58,269 nt of DNA from a virus. Its lineage: Duplodnaviria > Caudoviricetes. This document shows, one piece after another, positions 15,858-24,700 of the stretch. The position numbers were made by a program, and so were the translations under genes. The stretch lies in IMG/VR virus record IMGVR_UViG_3300028920_000079, positions 1 through 58,269 of that record; one strand, written 5' to 3'. The notes under the pieces were generated by a model. That model saw nothing but the letters and a program-made list of their open reading frames with translations. It made no database searches and was not told where the DNA came from. Numbering within the stretch: position 1 is the stretch's first letter; each line of letters begins with the position of its first letter.

Positions 15858-16094
15858 AATATGATCTCCGTTCCAATGTTCCATCACCTGAAGGCACAGT
15901 GCCCCCAAATCTATAGCCTCAGCGTAAATCCTATCTTCATTTCCACCTTCGTGTTTATGTTGCAAAATTGCCTGAGCAAGTTCCCCTGTTTCTTCTGCAA
16001 CAGCAAGCCCAAGCGTCTCAACGTTTTGCTTTCCCCATTTCTTTAGATTGTTGCTTGCTCGTTGAATCAACATATCTACGTTTTTGACATTCAT
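15852..16094 (-). CDS. MazG-like nucleotide pyrophosphohydrolase
   Basis: KWG.Q..EETGELAQA...EAIDLGA; TAA stop lies in the attC core. Confidence 0.7.
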   Translation of the reverse strand: MNVKNVDMLIQRASNNLKKWGKQNVETLGLAVAEETGELAQAILQHKHEGGNEDRIYAEAIDLGALCLQVMEHWNGDHIA

Positions 16095-16098
16095 AACC

Positions 16099-16407
16099 CT
16101 ACCCTCTAACCGCAACAGAAGTTGTGTCAATCCTGTTCAATTTATCTATTTCAGATTCAGGAACCTCATCACGATGATATGCTAAATAATGTACAGCAAG
16201 ACTGTTTGTTATAGTTCCATCAGGAAGCACTAAATCATACGTTGTACTATGCTCGCCGCATACACAAGTATGCCATCCGCGCCAGCACGTACCTTTCTGT
16301 GCTACAGCAAGCAATGCTCTCATCTTCGCTGTAAGCTCATCTTCTACTGGTTTCTTGCTAGCTGGTTGTGTGGGTCGAATATAAAGCAATAAGTTATCGT
16401 TTGGCAT
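16099..16407 (-). CDS. Hypothetical zinc-binding protein
   Basis: RGWHTC.CG..S...TNSLAVHYLA.HR.EVP. Confidence 0.75.
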   Translation of the reverse strand: MPNDNLLLYIRPTQPASKKPVEDELTAKMRALLAVAQKGTCWRGWHTCVCGEHSTTYDLVLPDGTITNSLAVHYLAYHRDEVPESEIDKLNRIDTTSVAVRG

Positions 16408-16411
16408 AACC

Positions 16412-16639
16412 CTACCCTCTAACCGCAACAGACCAAAAACCGTCCCATGGCTCTTGTGTTGCATTGGCATAATGAATTTCACATATTGGTCCTTGATATC
16501 CGCATGACTGACAAATGACCGCAACCAGCAATCGACCATGTTTATTTTTAGAACCCATGCATGCTACAGTTAATCCCGACAACTGTCCTGCAATAGCTTT
16601 GCATTGCGGACATGGCTCAACATTGAATGCATCTGGCAT
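16412..16639 (-). CDS. Lar-like zinc-ribbon protein
   Basis: PCPQC..VICQSCGYQGP..W. Confidence 0.55.
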   Translation of the reverse strand: MPDAFNVEPCPQCKAIAGQLSGLTVACMGSKNKHGRLLVAVICQSCGYQGPICEIHYANATQEPWDGFWSVAVRG

Positions 16640-16643
16640 AACC

Positions 16644-17318
16644 TTATCCTCGTACCGCAACAGAAGTCTCGCTATACACCTTGACACCCGGTATATTCAT
16701 GTTGCCCTTCAACGCCTTTGCCAATTGTCCGAGCACCTTTGTATCCGGCTTAACACAATTCTCTGCCGCCTTACCCTCGGCTATCGCAGTACACAACAGC
16801 TTCATATCCTCAACCTCAGCCTTCCATATCTGTCTTGTACTGACACCCTCGGCCTGCGGTGCTTCCTCGACAGGCTTAACAACTTCGGGAACAATAGGCG
16901 TTTCGAGGATAGCGGCAGCCGCTTTGTCCGATCCGAACTTTTCCAGAGCTTCGGCCTCTTCGAGACGTGCAGCTTCAGCCTTGCGCATAGCCTCTTCTTC
17001 TGCCTTGCGCTGCGCTTCCTGAATCTCACGTTCTCGCTGCATCTTGTAGTCAGCAAGCTTTGCCTTGACCTGCCTTTCAGCTTGGTCTAACGGCTTATCA
17101 AACTTGTTTTCCAAAGCTTTCACTTCTTTCCAAGCTTGATGCGCTTGCTTTACGGCTGGGCCTATCTCTTGTTTTACGCGCTTACGCATAGCTCGTATCG
17201 CAACTAGTAGCTTGCCGCCGTCCTCATAGTTAGAATCCGTTGTTACTTCAAATGCCTGTGCCTGATACAATACTGGCGTGACTTCCTGCTTAACCTTGGT
17301 TTCCATTTCCGTGTTCAT
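16644..17318 (-). CDS. Conserved coiled-coil protein of phage recombination modules
   Basis: Long E/A/K helix; W.AEV.D..IPGV.VY. Confidence 0.75.
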   Translation of the reverse strand: MNTEMETKVKQEVTPVLYQAQAFEVTTDSNYEDGGKLLVAIRAMRKRVKQEIGPAVKQAHQAWKEVKALENKFDKPLDQAERQVKAKLADYKMQREREIQEAQRKAEEEAMRKAEAARLEEAEALEKFGSDKAAAAILETPIVPEVVKPVEEAPQAEGVSTRQIWKAEVEDMKLLCTAIAEGKAAENCVKPDTKVLGQLAKALKGNMNIPGVKVYSETSVAVRG

Positions 17319-17908
17319 TCTACTGCTTCCTTTTCTCGTTGCTCATAATACTTATGCACCGCCTCCACAAACATAGCCTTATCATTCCTGCTTATATACG
17401 GCTCACTCAAAGAGAACTTGCCGTCAGAAGATAGATACAGATTATACCGCTCTATTATATCAGGATGCCCGTTCTCTTGCGCCAACAACTCATACCCTGC
17501 CGTCTGTAACTTATCTTTCGGCGACGGTACACCTGTCTTAATGTCCAGAAGTATACGCCTACCGAATAATCGGCCTATCCTGTCCCATGTCCCTGCATAC
17601 TTGTATACTTCCGAGTATGCCATCTGCTCAATACTCTCAGGCACAAAACACGTAGCCTGCTTGAAGAATGTATACGCACGTACATAAGGAACACAGACAG
17701 GATCGACCGACTTCCAGTCCAAGTCATGCTGATCGTAGAAAGCACAAGCCTGATGTACGAATGTACCTCTATCCTGAGCACGCTTGAGTGTAGCTTCAGG
17801 TATATGGCTGAAGTCTGTAGGATATACAGCCTGCAGGATCTGTGTTACGCTTGGAACTTCTTCACCGTTCCAGTAGTACGTGTGTGTCTGTTCGTTAAAA
17901 CTCAACAT
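17315..17908 (-). CDS. PD-(D/E)XK (Cas4/RecE-like) exonuclease
   Basis: H.Y..G..VPSVTQIL..RGT.VH..YAGT.D..DIKTG..QT.GY. Confidence 0.85.
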   Translation of the reverse strand: MLSFNEQTHTYYWNGEEVPSVTQILQAVYPTDFSHIPEATLKRAQDRGTFVHQACAFYDQHDLDWKSVDPVCVPYVRAYTFFKQATCFVPESIEQMAYSEVYKYAGTWDRIGRLFGRRILLDIKTGVPSPKDKLQTAGYELLAQENGHPDIIERYNLYLSSDGKFSLSEPYISRNDKAMFVEAVHKYYEQREKEAVE

Positions 17909-18227
17909 GAGATTCTAGTACCGCCCTATGTTTTTCCATTGTCTGTAGGAATTCGTCCGTAGCTTGCTCGGCATCCTGTAACGCCATATGTAGGCTGTTG
18001 TATAAGTCTTCTGCACTTTTCAGAATATCTGTATCACCAGAATATATAGGGAATTGTGCAAATGGATCATCACACTTCACATATAATCGAACTGATGAAT
18101 GATCACCTGCTTTGAACCGTTTCAAAGCCTTGCGCATAGGCTCGAATTCGACAGAAACAATTTGTATTTTTTTCAATAAATGTTTTATCTCAACTATTCT
18201 ACTATTCAATTCTTCCTTGCTTAACAT
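17895..18227 (-). CDS. Hypothetical protein
   Basis: GAGG RBS, operon context. Confidence 0.6.
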   Translation of the reverse strand: MLSKEELNSRIVEIKHLLKKIQIVSVEFEPMRKALKRFKAGDHSSVRLYVKCDDPFAQFPIYSGDTDILKSAEDLYNSLHMALQDAEQATDEFLQTMEKHRAVLESHVEF

Positions 18228-18432
18228 CCTCGCTATCCTTTCTGATTATCCGACATGATATTCTCAATGTACTCGAACAATAAGCTACCGGCCTCTTCCG
18301 TAGTCAAGTCTTCCAGCTTCTTGTCAATCGGAATCTTTGCAGCCTTACGACACTGAGCAATCTGATCAGCCGTCAGCTTAGCCTGCAAGTCTATCAAGTC
18401 ATTAAGATCCTGTTCGGCGATACCATCTTCAA

Positions 18433-19224
18433 CTACTTTTTTTTTACGTCAGGCTCTTCAGGCGGCAGCACTTCTGTTTCCGGTTCCTTCTCAGGCTCAG
18501 GTGTAGACTCCGATGCACGTTGCGGTGCCATCAAGGGTTCCGAGACGTTCAGAGGCTCAATGTCTTTGAGGCTATCAAAATCTTTTCCAAGTGCGTCGTG
18601 AAACTCTGCCGACAATGGCAGTGTCTTTGAGTGCCTGCGGATAACTGTCTTCTTACACATCTCAGTGTAGTCTGTTTTCCAAGGCCCAGTAGTAGCAGCC
18701 TTAGAACGCTTACGTATACTTTCGCATTCATCCTTGGTCATTACGCAGAAGCTCTTTGAGTCATCCTTGAATATCGCACAGCTATAGACCGCATACATCT
18801 CACCTCTCGGCTTACGGAAATCTATTCTATGCTTTGTTACCTGTCCAAGATTGTAATCGAAGTCGTCATTCTCGCAGACTATCTCTGCATACCAGTCCTT
18901 CAACTGGCCTGACCTGCGGCCTAGCTCGATGAGACCCTTATAGTCAAAAATGAGTGTGCATTTATCCCCATATGGAATTAAATGCACGAGGCGTCCGTCT
19001 GGCGGCAAGCCAGAAGATGCGCAATCCATCATGCACGAAAGCAATGATTCTTGAGTACACTCGGCAAGCTTAGGTGTTTTGCTTAACATAGTCAGCATCA
19101 CCCTCGTGAACCGTTCAGCCGTTAGAAACTTCGGCAATGCCATTGCTATCTGCTGCCGCATTGTATCCTTGTTAATCAGTGCCTTGATTGAGTTTACCTT
19201 TGCGAGTCCTGTTTCCTGTGTCAT
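18433..19224 (-). CDS. recT: RecT single-strand annealing protein; possible -1 frameshift extension to 18233
   Basis: ALPK.LT.ERF..KL.ECT..S..GL..HLIPY..YKGLIEL.RRSG..PW.TD..EM.KKTVIRR..K.LP.S. Confidence 0.92.
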   Translation of the reverse strand: MTQETGLAKVNSIKALINKDTMRQQIAMALPKFLTAERFTRVMLTMLSKTPKLAECTQESLLSCMMDCASSGLPPDGRLVHLIPYGDKCTLIFDYKGLIELGRRSGQLKDWYAEIVCENDDFDYNLGQVTKHRIDFRKPRGEMYAVYSCAIFKDDSKSFCVMTKDECESIRKRSKAATTGPWKTDYTEMCKKTVIRRHSKTLPLSAEFHDALGKDFDSLKDIEPLNVSEPLMAPQRASESTPEPEKEPETEVLPPEEPDVKKK

Positions 19225-19250
19225 GTTGTCTGTCCTTTCTGTTATATTAC

Positions 19251-19661
19251 CTACTCTTCCGGCCATCTTTCCACCACACGAATACCAGTTCCTTCAACCA
19301 CAAACATATATCCGCAATCCCGTAGAGCCTCATTAACTACAGGAATTACCTTCTCGAATTCAGATTTCCACAATCGGTTTAATGCAGGAATCATTGCTTC
19401 AAGAACCAGTTTAGTCGTAGTGCTGCCAGCAGCCTGTTGTTCTTTCAGCATGGGAAGCTCATATATATGAAACTCATGTCTGTGAATTATTCCGTTCTTA
19501 TCTACGTAATCACACTGTAATAATGGAACAGCTTCAATCTTAAAACCTATAGGCATCATAGCGAAGTGTCCTCTTACAGTCATTGTTATGCCCATATAAG
19601 TAAACGTTTCACCAATACCTCGAAATGCTATTAGCTCTTCTATCTGTTTTTTTTCATTCAT
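19251..19661 (-). CDS. Hypothetical protein
   Basis: ATGA overlap with the integrase stop. Confidence 0.6.
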   Translation of the reverse strand: MNEKKQIEELIAFRGIGETFTYMGITMTVRGHFAMMPIGFKIEAVPLLQCDYVDKNGIIHRHEFHIYELPMLKEQQAAGSTTTKLVLEAMIPALNRLWKSEFEKVIPVVNEALRDCGYMFVVEGTGIRVVERWPEE

Positions 19662-20761
19662 GGCATAATCCCAAAGTATTCCTCGCCCTCTTCCCTCGTA
19701 GCCAAGTTCCGGTAATGCTTGAACAACACACTGCTACTGTTGCCCATCATGCTGGTAGTCTTACTTACGTTCCCGTACTTGGCACAATGATACGTCGAAA
19801 AACTATGTCGAGTGATATTACTAGACCACTCTAATCCGTCCACCATAGCAACCAAGCTCTTCCTGTACTGATCAAACTCACGCCTGCCAACAAGCATATC
19901 ATCCGTAATAGAAGCATCCCAAGTAGCATCCAGCCAAGCAATCAGGTTATCTTCCATCTCAATATACCTAGACTGCCTGCACTTACTCACCTCTGGGTTA
20001 ATAAGTATAATACCTCTGGAACGCTGTATTTCGCCGTAGGATAACCTCTCGGCCTCAGATGAACGAAGGCCGGCAAATAATAAGATCGCGCCTTGTAGCT
20101 GCACTCTCGGCAATCCTTGCGCCCTTCTAAGCAGCATTTCAGCATGTTCAACGCTTAATACCTCTGGCATCTTCTCTTCTATGCTTGGTGACTGCAGTCT
20201 ATCGGTAGGCGTATCCTCTATGAAGCCTCGCTTTTTCGCAAAATTGAAAAAGACTTTAAGGTAACGCTGATCATTTGACTGTGTGATGAGACTAAGCGTG
20301 TGTCTCGTAGACAGGAAATGCTCTATCATATCCGGTGTAATCTGATCAACAGGTCGGTCGCCGCATATCTTAAGGAACCGTTTAAGGCTACATTCTGCAG
20401 TATCTATGCTACGTTGCCGTCTATTCATGTTCCGCATATCCTGAAGCAGCATCTCGTATACCTTCTGGGCACTGGGAATATAGTGTCTTGCCTTGTGGTG
20501 CTGATTGTAGAAGGATACTGCATCCAGTAAAGAACCGTCACCTAACATCTCGTAGGCTTGTGCCGCTGTTGCGAGTTGTTTCAGGGAAAAGTTCATTGCC
20601 TGCTCGCCGTACTTCTGCTGTTGTGTACGCAGGTGATCGGCAAGATCCTCGGCTAATTCTTGGGTCTTGCGCCGGTAGACTCTACGGTGATTGTCGATCC
20701 AGCCACAGTCTACTACCCATGAGCCGTTCTTTTCTTCTCTTATTCTCGGCCATTCTTTCAT
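19658..20761 (-). CDS. Tyrosine recombinase / integrase
   Basis: FAGLRSSE (R), SK, TRHSF.TY, MGNS, KHY; N-terminal arm-binding-like region. Confidence 0.88.
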   Translation of the reverse strand: MKEWPRIREEKNGSWVVDCGWIDNHRRVYRRKTQELAEDLADHLRTQQQKYGEQAMNFSLKQLATAAQAYEMLGDGSLLDAVSFYNQHHKARHYIPSAQKVYEMLLQDMRNMNRRQRSIDTAECSLKRFLKICGDRPVDQITPDMIEHFLSTRHTLSLITQSNDQRYLKVFFNFAKKRGFIEDTPTDRLQSPSIEEKMPEVLSVEHAEMLLRRAQGLPRVQLQGAILLFAGLRSSEAERLSYGEIQRSRGIILINPEVSKCRQSRYIEMEDNLIAWLDATWDASITDDMLVGRREFDQYRKSLVAMVDGLEWSSNITRHSFSTYHCAKYGNVSKTTSMMGNSSSVLFKHYRNLATREEGEEYFGIMP

Positions 20762-20762
20762 C

Positions 20763-21092
20763 TTAGTATCCCGTAATTGTAATTGCACCTACTAATACGC
20801 CAATACCACCCATGATTATTACTGTTGCAAAAAGGAAACCTAAAGCTGCCATAAGCAGTGAGCCAATACGTAAAACCCAAGGACTGCTTTGCCACTCGTC
20901 CTTATGTAGCATTGATAAATATGGTATCAAACAGACAATGGTAATGCCTGTGAATAGCAGCAAGGTGCTGCAAAGGCTTCTTACAAAAAGCTCATTCCAA
21001 TCAGTACCTGCAATAAGAGCATTCGATACGACTGTATTAGTTGCCACATCTACATAAGCCTTAGTTGCCATAGGATTCGTATATGTCATCAC
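20763..21092 (-). CDS. Two-TM membrane protein
   Basis: Two hydrophobic segments; TN-rich N-terminus. Confidence 0.55.
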   Translation of the reverse strand: MMTYTNPMATKAYVDVATNTVVSNALIAGTDWNELFVRSLCSTLLLFTGITIVCLIPYLSMLHKDEWQSSPWVLRIGSLLMAALGFLFATVIIMGGIGVLVGAITITGY

Positions 21093-21119
21093 TCGTCAAC
21101 GCCTTTCATCTTCCCACAA

Positions 21120-21310
21120 CAAAGAAAGGGCAAGAACCTAATGCCTGATGTGGTTTTCGCAGTAGATTGACAAAAACAAGTGCAGGCAAAAAGGCTCTTG
21201 CCCAAAGTGTGCGCTTTTTGTGTGTGTCTGTATAGGAATTCTTGTCCTCATCAATCTACTGTCGGGTAATGTATCACAGCTCTTTGAATTCTGTCCACAA
21301 CTTTTTTCAA
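21120..21310 (-). promoter_or_regulatory. Promoter plus attenuator-like leader of the integrase/recombination operon
   Basis: TGGACA..TGnTACATT; 21251-61 complementary to 21160-70; stem 21192-203/21128-39 followed by U-tract. Confidence 0.65.
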
Positions 21311-21404
21311 CTTTTTTTGCAGGCACAAAAAAGGGAAGCATAGAAGCGAGGACAACTATGCTTCCCAGCACGGAAGAGAACGCGAAAAGGCTAACGCGTT
21401 GGCT

Positions 21405-21770
21405 CTATTCTTTCCAAGTCATAATCGTGTACATGTTGGTGCTTGTAGTATCGGAACAAGTAATAAGCACCTTGGCGTTCCTGTCAAGTTTAATGTCACC
21501 GTCTACGTATGCGGCTGTGTTTGTAACGTCATTCGATATATAGAATCTATTCGTAATGCTGTTGTGAATAACCGACATCGTAACATTGTTGCTACGGCCC
21601 GGCTGCATGGCAACAAAGATAGCCTTGATAGCCGGTATCCTGCCGGTTGCATTCGTATAGACAGTTGAGCCGCCGGTAAAGGTTTTGGTCTGTGTCTTTT
21701 CCCAGCCTGCCGCTATTGCCAGTCCTGCTACCAGTACTGCGATAGTTATGAGTGTGAGTTTCTTCTTCAT
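21405..21770 (-). CDS. Secreted small beta-rich protein at the end of the virion operon
   Basis: MKKK, hydrophobic core, AIA|A signal peptide. Confidence 0.7.
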   Translation of the reverse strand: MKKKLTLITIAVLVAGLAIAAGWEKTQTKTFTGGSTVYTNATGRIPAIKAIFVAMQPGRSNNVTMSVIHNSITNRFYISNDVTNTAAYVDGDIKLDRNAKVLITCSDTTSTNMYTIMTWKE

Positions 21771-21793
21771 TGCCCGTCTCCTGTGTGTTGTGT

Positions 21794-24700
21794 TTATTGC
21801 GCTCGTAGTTTGCGTAATCGCTGTATGCGTTTTGTTTTCTTTCTGCGTTTTGTGTCTTCTAAATATGGATCAAAAACTTGCTTAACATCCGCTCGTCGTG
21901 TCAATCTTTGCCTTAATCGTGATTGCTCTTTCTTGTTCGGTATGGCGTAAATGAAAGCCATAACATGCATAGGATCATACTCCCTCGTCATAACTTTAGC
22001 AATCATTTCATCTACCGTTTTATCATTCTTTCGCCTATCACGTAACACAGTCATACGATCTTGATAAAGCTCTTCGTATACCGGATTGAGTTTGCCTATA
22101 GAGTAGGGTGGCAGAATATCAAGCGGTGTACGTTCTGCAGGCTTACCTTCCGGCGTAAGATATGGCGGGATATATTCGCCAAGCAACTCACGCAAGAATG
22201 GAATATCCTTAACAAGAGCTTGCGTTGCAGTCTCAGGATTACGATAGGGTCTATCTATCCATTCATTAACGTAGCGTAGCAACCCACTTGCAGGAATAAC
22301 TTGCCCTGCAGTGAACCCAAAGTTCCGCGCAAAAGAATAGTCATCCATGTCAATAGCGTTAATGAATCCATTTAATGCAGCAAAAGGTGTCTGTGTTAAA
22401 TACCAACGATTCAAACCTTTGATAGCACCTGCGAATTTAGCAACATTGCTAGCATTTGCATACGTTGGATCATCTGCGACTTTATCGCGTATAGCTGCAG
22501 GAATTGCTAAAGCCAAGGCAAAGGGACCAAAAGTCCAAAGCGGTACATCATAGTCACCGATGCGAATTGAATACGGTTTTCTGCCCATATAAAAAGCTTT
22601 CTTAGCTTCAGGATCTCTAGGTGGTGCCCACGTAGTACGTCCGGCTATAGCCAACATCATACCAATAAAGCTAACAGTAGTACCAAATAAAGCCTGCCCT
22701 GTTCTAAGACGAATTTCATCATCAACTAAAATCTGTTGTTCTTTTGTTAGATTGTTGAACTTTTGCCCATACCGTTCTTTTGCTATACGATTTTTCGTTA
22801 ATGGTAACCCAGCAATGAAAGGCAAGAATGATGTATTCACACCTTCTTGTGCAATCTTTGTTGGCGTTCTAAGGAATCTAGCAAATGGCGCAAAGAATGG
22901 ACCTATGTACGGCATTGATCTCATCTTCTGTAACGAATAACCGAAAGCATCCAAGAAACGATTGATTACATTCTCGGTGGTATCCGTCATTGTTTCGCCT
23001 AATTCTTGACGGAACAATAATTTCTGAGCTTGTTCTTCAGCTTTTTGATAAGCTACTTCTGGCGTCACGCCCTTCTTAATTAAGCGTTGCGCGGCACTCT
23101 CTTTAAGTATGGTGCTGAAAAATTTATCCTGAGCTTCAAGAAAGCGTCCGATAAAAGTAACGGCAGCAGGTAAACGTTTATTGACTGCTTCGTCTAAAGT
23201 AGTTTCGCCGACCTCTTCAAAAAGTTTGGATGTATCATAACTATTCATCGCATTACGAAATTCTTGCCATGCTTGCCCAATATTTTGAACAGACGTTATG
23301 GCAAAACGAGCTGCTTCAACCGGTTGTCCAGCAAAAATCAAGCGTCCCGGTGCAAGAATACCAGTCATAATAGAATTGCCGACTATATTACGTTCATGAC
23401 TTTTAGGACTGGAAAGCATATTGCTATACAAATATGCACGCCAGAAAAACTTGGCCTTCTCTTTCCTTGGTAATTCTGCGACAATAGTATCAATCACATT
23501 TTGAACAGCCGCCGCTCGTGCATCAGCGTCTTCAATAGCTTCTGCTTGAGCAAATAATTCTGCTGCTCTATTCAACAACGCTTTAATTTTAGGTGAATCT
23601 GTTGAAATACGCCGATCTCGCATCCACTTTTTAACCACTCTCAAATGTAAGTCTGATCTACCTTCAGGCGTCAACAACTTAAACTCACGAGCAAAACGTA
23701 GTAATGTACCAGCAACAGTCCAGTCTTCCGCAGCAAGTTCTAATGCTTGACGCTTCGTTGTTTCATCTACGTTTTTGGCGTTAAGAATACCGGTCAACTT
23801 TGCAACACGATCATACGAGTCCTTTGTTTCTCTTGCTTCCTCAAGTAATCCTGCTGCATCTTGTGTTGCTTGCTCTGTGGCCTCTGCTACTTTCTGTGCA
23901 ATCGGTGTATTCTCCGCAAGATTAGTACCGGCATCACGGGTTTCTTTAACTGCCTGCCGAAACTCAGGGTCTTCTGAGGCACGAGTTATTGTTCGACGTT
24001 CGTGCATGCCTTCAGGAATATCAACCTCAATGTCGGGTTCTGCTTCAAAAGATTCTATTATAGATTCCAAGTGCTGACCGCTTGTGTCTGCGTCATAAAC
24101 AGGCGTTCCTTCTACCGTCTTAGCTGCAACCTCTTCCAGCACCGGCACAGCCTCTTCCGCAACAGGTTCCTCGACGGGTGCTTCCATCTTGGCGGGTTCA
24201 GTTGGTTTTCGTATAGCCTCGGCAAACAGCGGCATTTCAGATTCACGAGTATCAAACAGTTCACCCGTTAAATCACCGGCTGTACCGGCAATAGGCGCAC
24301 CAGCCCGTCGTTCAATCTCTGCCTGTTGCCTACGAGTCTCTGCTTCGGTTGCTAATTCCTTTTCTGTTGCCGCTTCTAATGCGAATGGTCGTTTCAAACT
24401 ACCCTTGTCAATACGAAACTCTTCATTAAGATCAGGCTCATACGGCAGGTATATATCTTCTTCTGGTCCTTTGATCTGAAGCGCAGTGTCGGTTTCCGCT
24501 ATGACTTCATGTGGCTTACCGTCGATAGTAAACGTGTCGCCAACCTGCATATCGGCTGCTATTACCTTATCTGTGCGTTCTTCTAACTCACGTTGTTTCG
24601 CTTCAGCTTCTGCTTGCAAAGCATCCCAATATGAATCGGGCATATCTTGAACAACACGTCCTCGACCTTTGCCTTGTAAAGCAGTAACTAAATCATCCAT

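Larger units (their letters stand above)
16092..16667 (-). repeat. Three ~28-31 bp gene-junction repeats (16092-16122, 16405-16432, 16637-16667); half copy at 15122-15141
   Basis: TCTGTTGCGGT(TA/AC)GAGG(G/A)TA(G/A)GGTTATG encodes SVAVRG*, RBS and ATG. Confidence 0.9.

Noticed and set aside
9500-16700. Short repeats as a CRISPR array
   Set aside because: The intervals are whole genes of 200-600 bp, the repeats are heterogeneous, and there is no cas operon; the Cas4-like nuclease is the RecT partner.
19658-20761. Tyrosine recombinase as an integron integrase (IntI)
   Set aside because: No IntI-specific insertion or HxLRHSFATHLL/LGH motifs; it has a phage-type N-terminal region.
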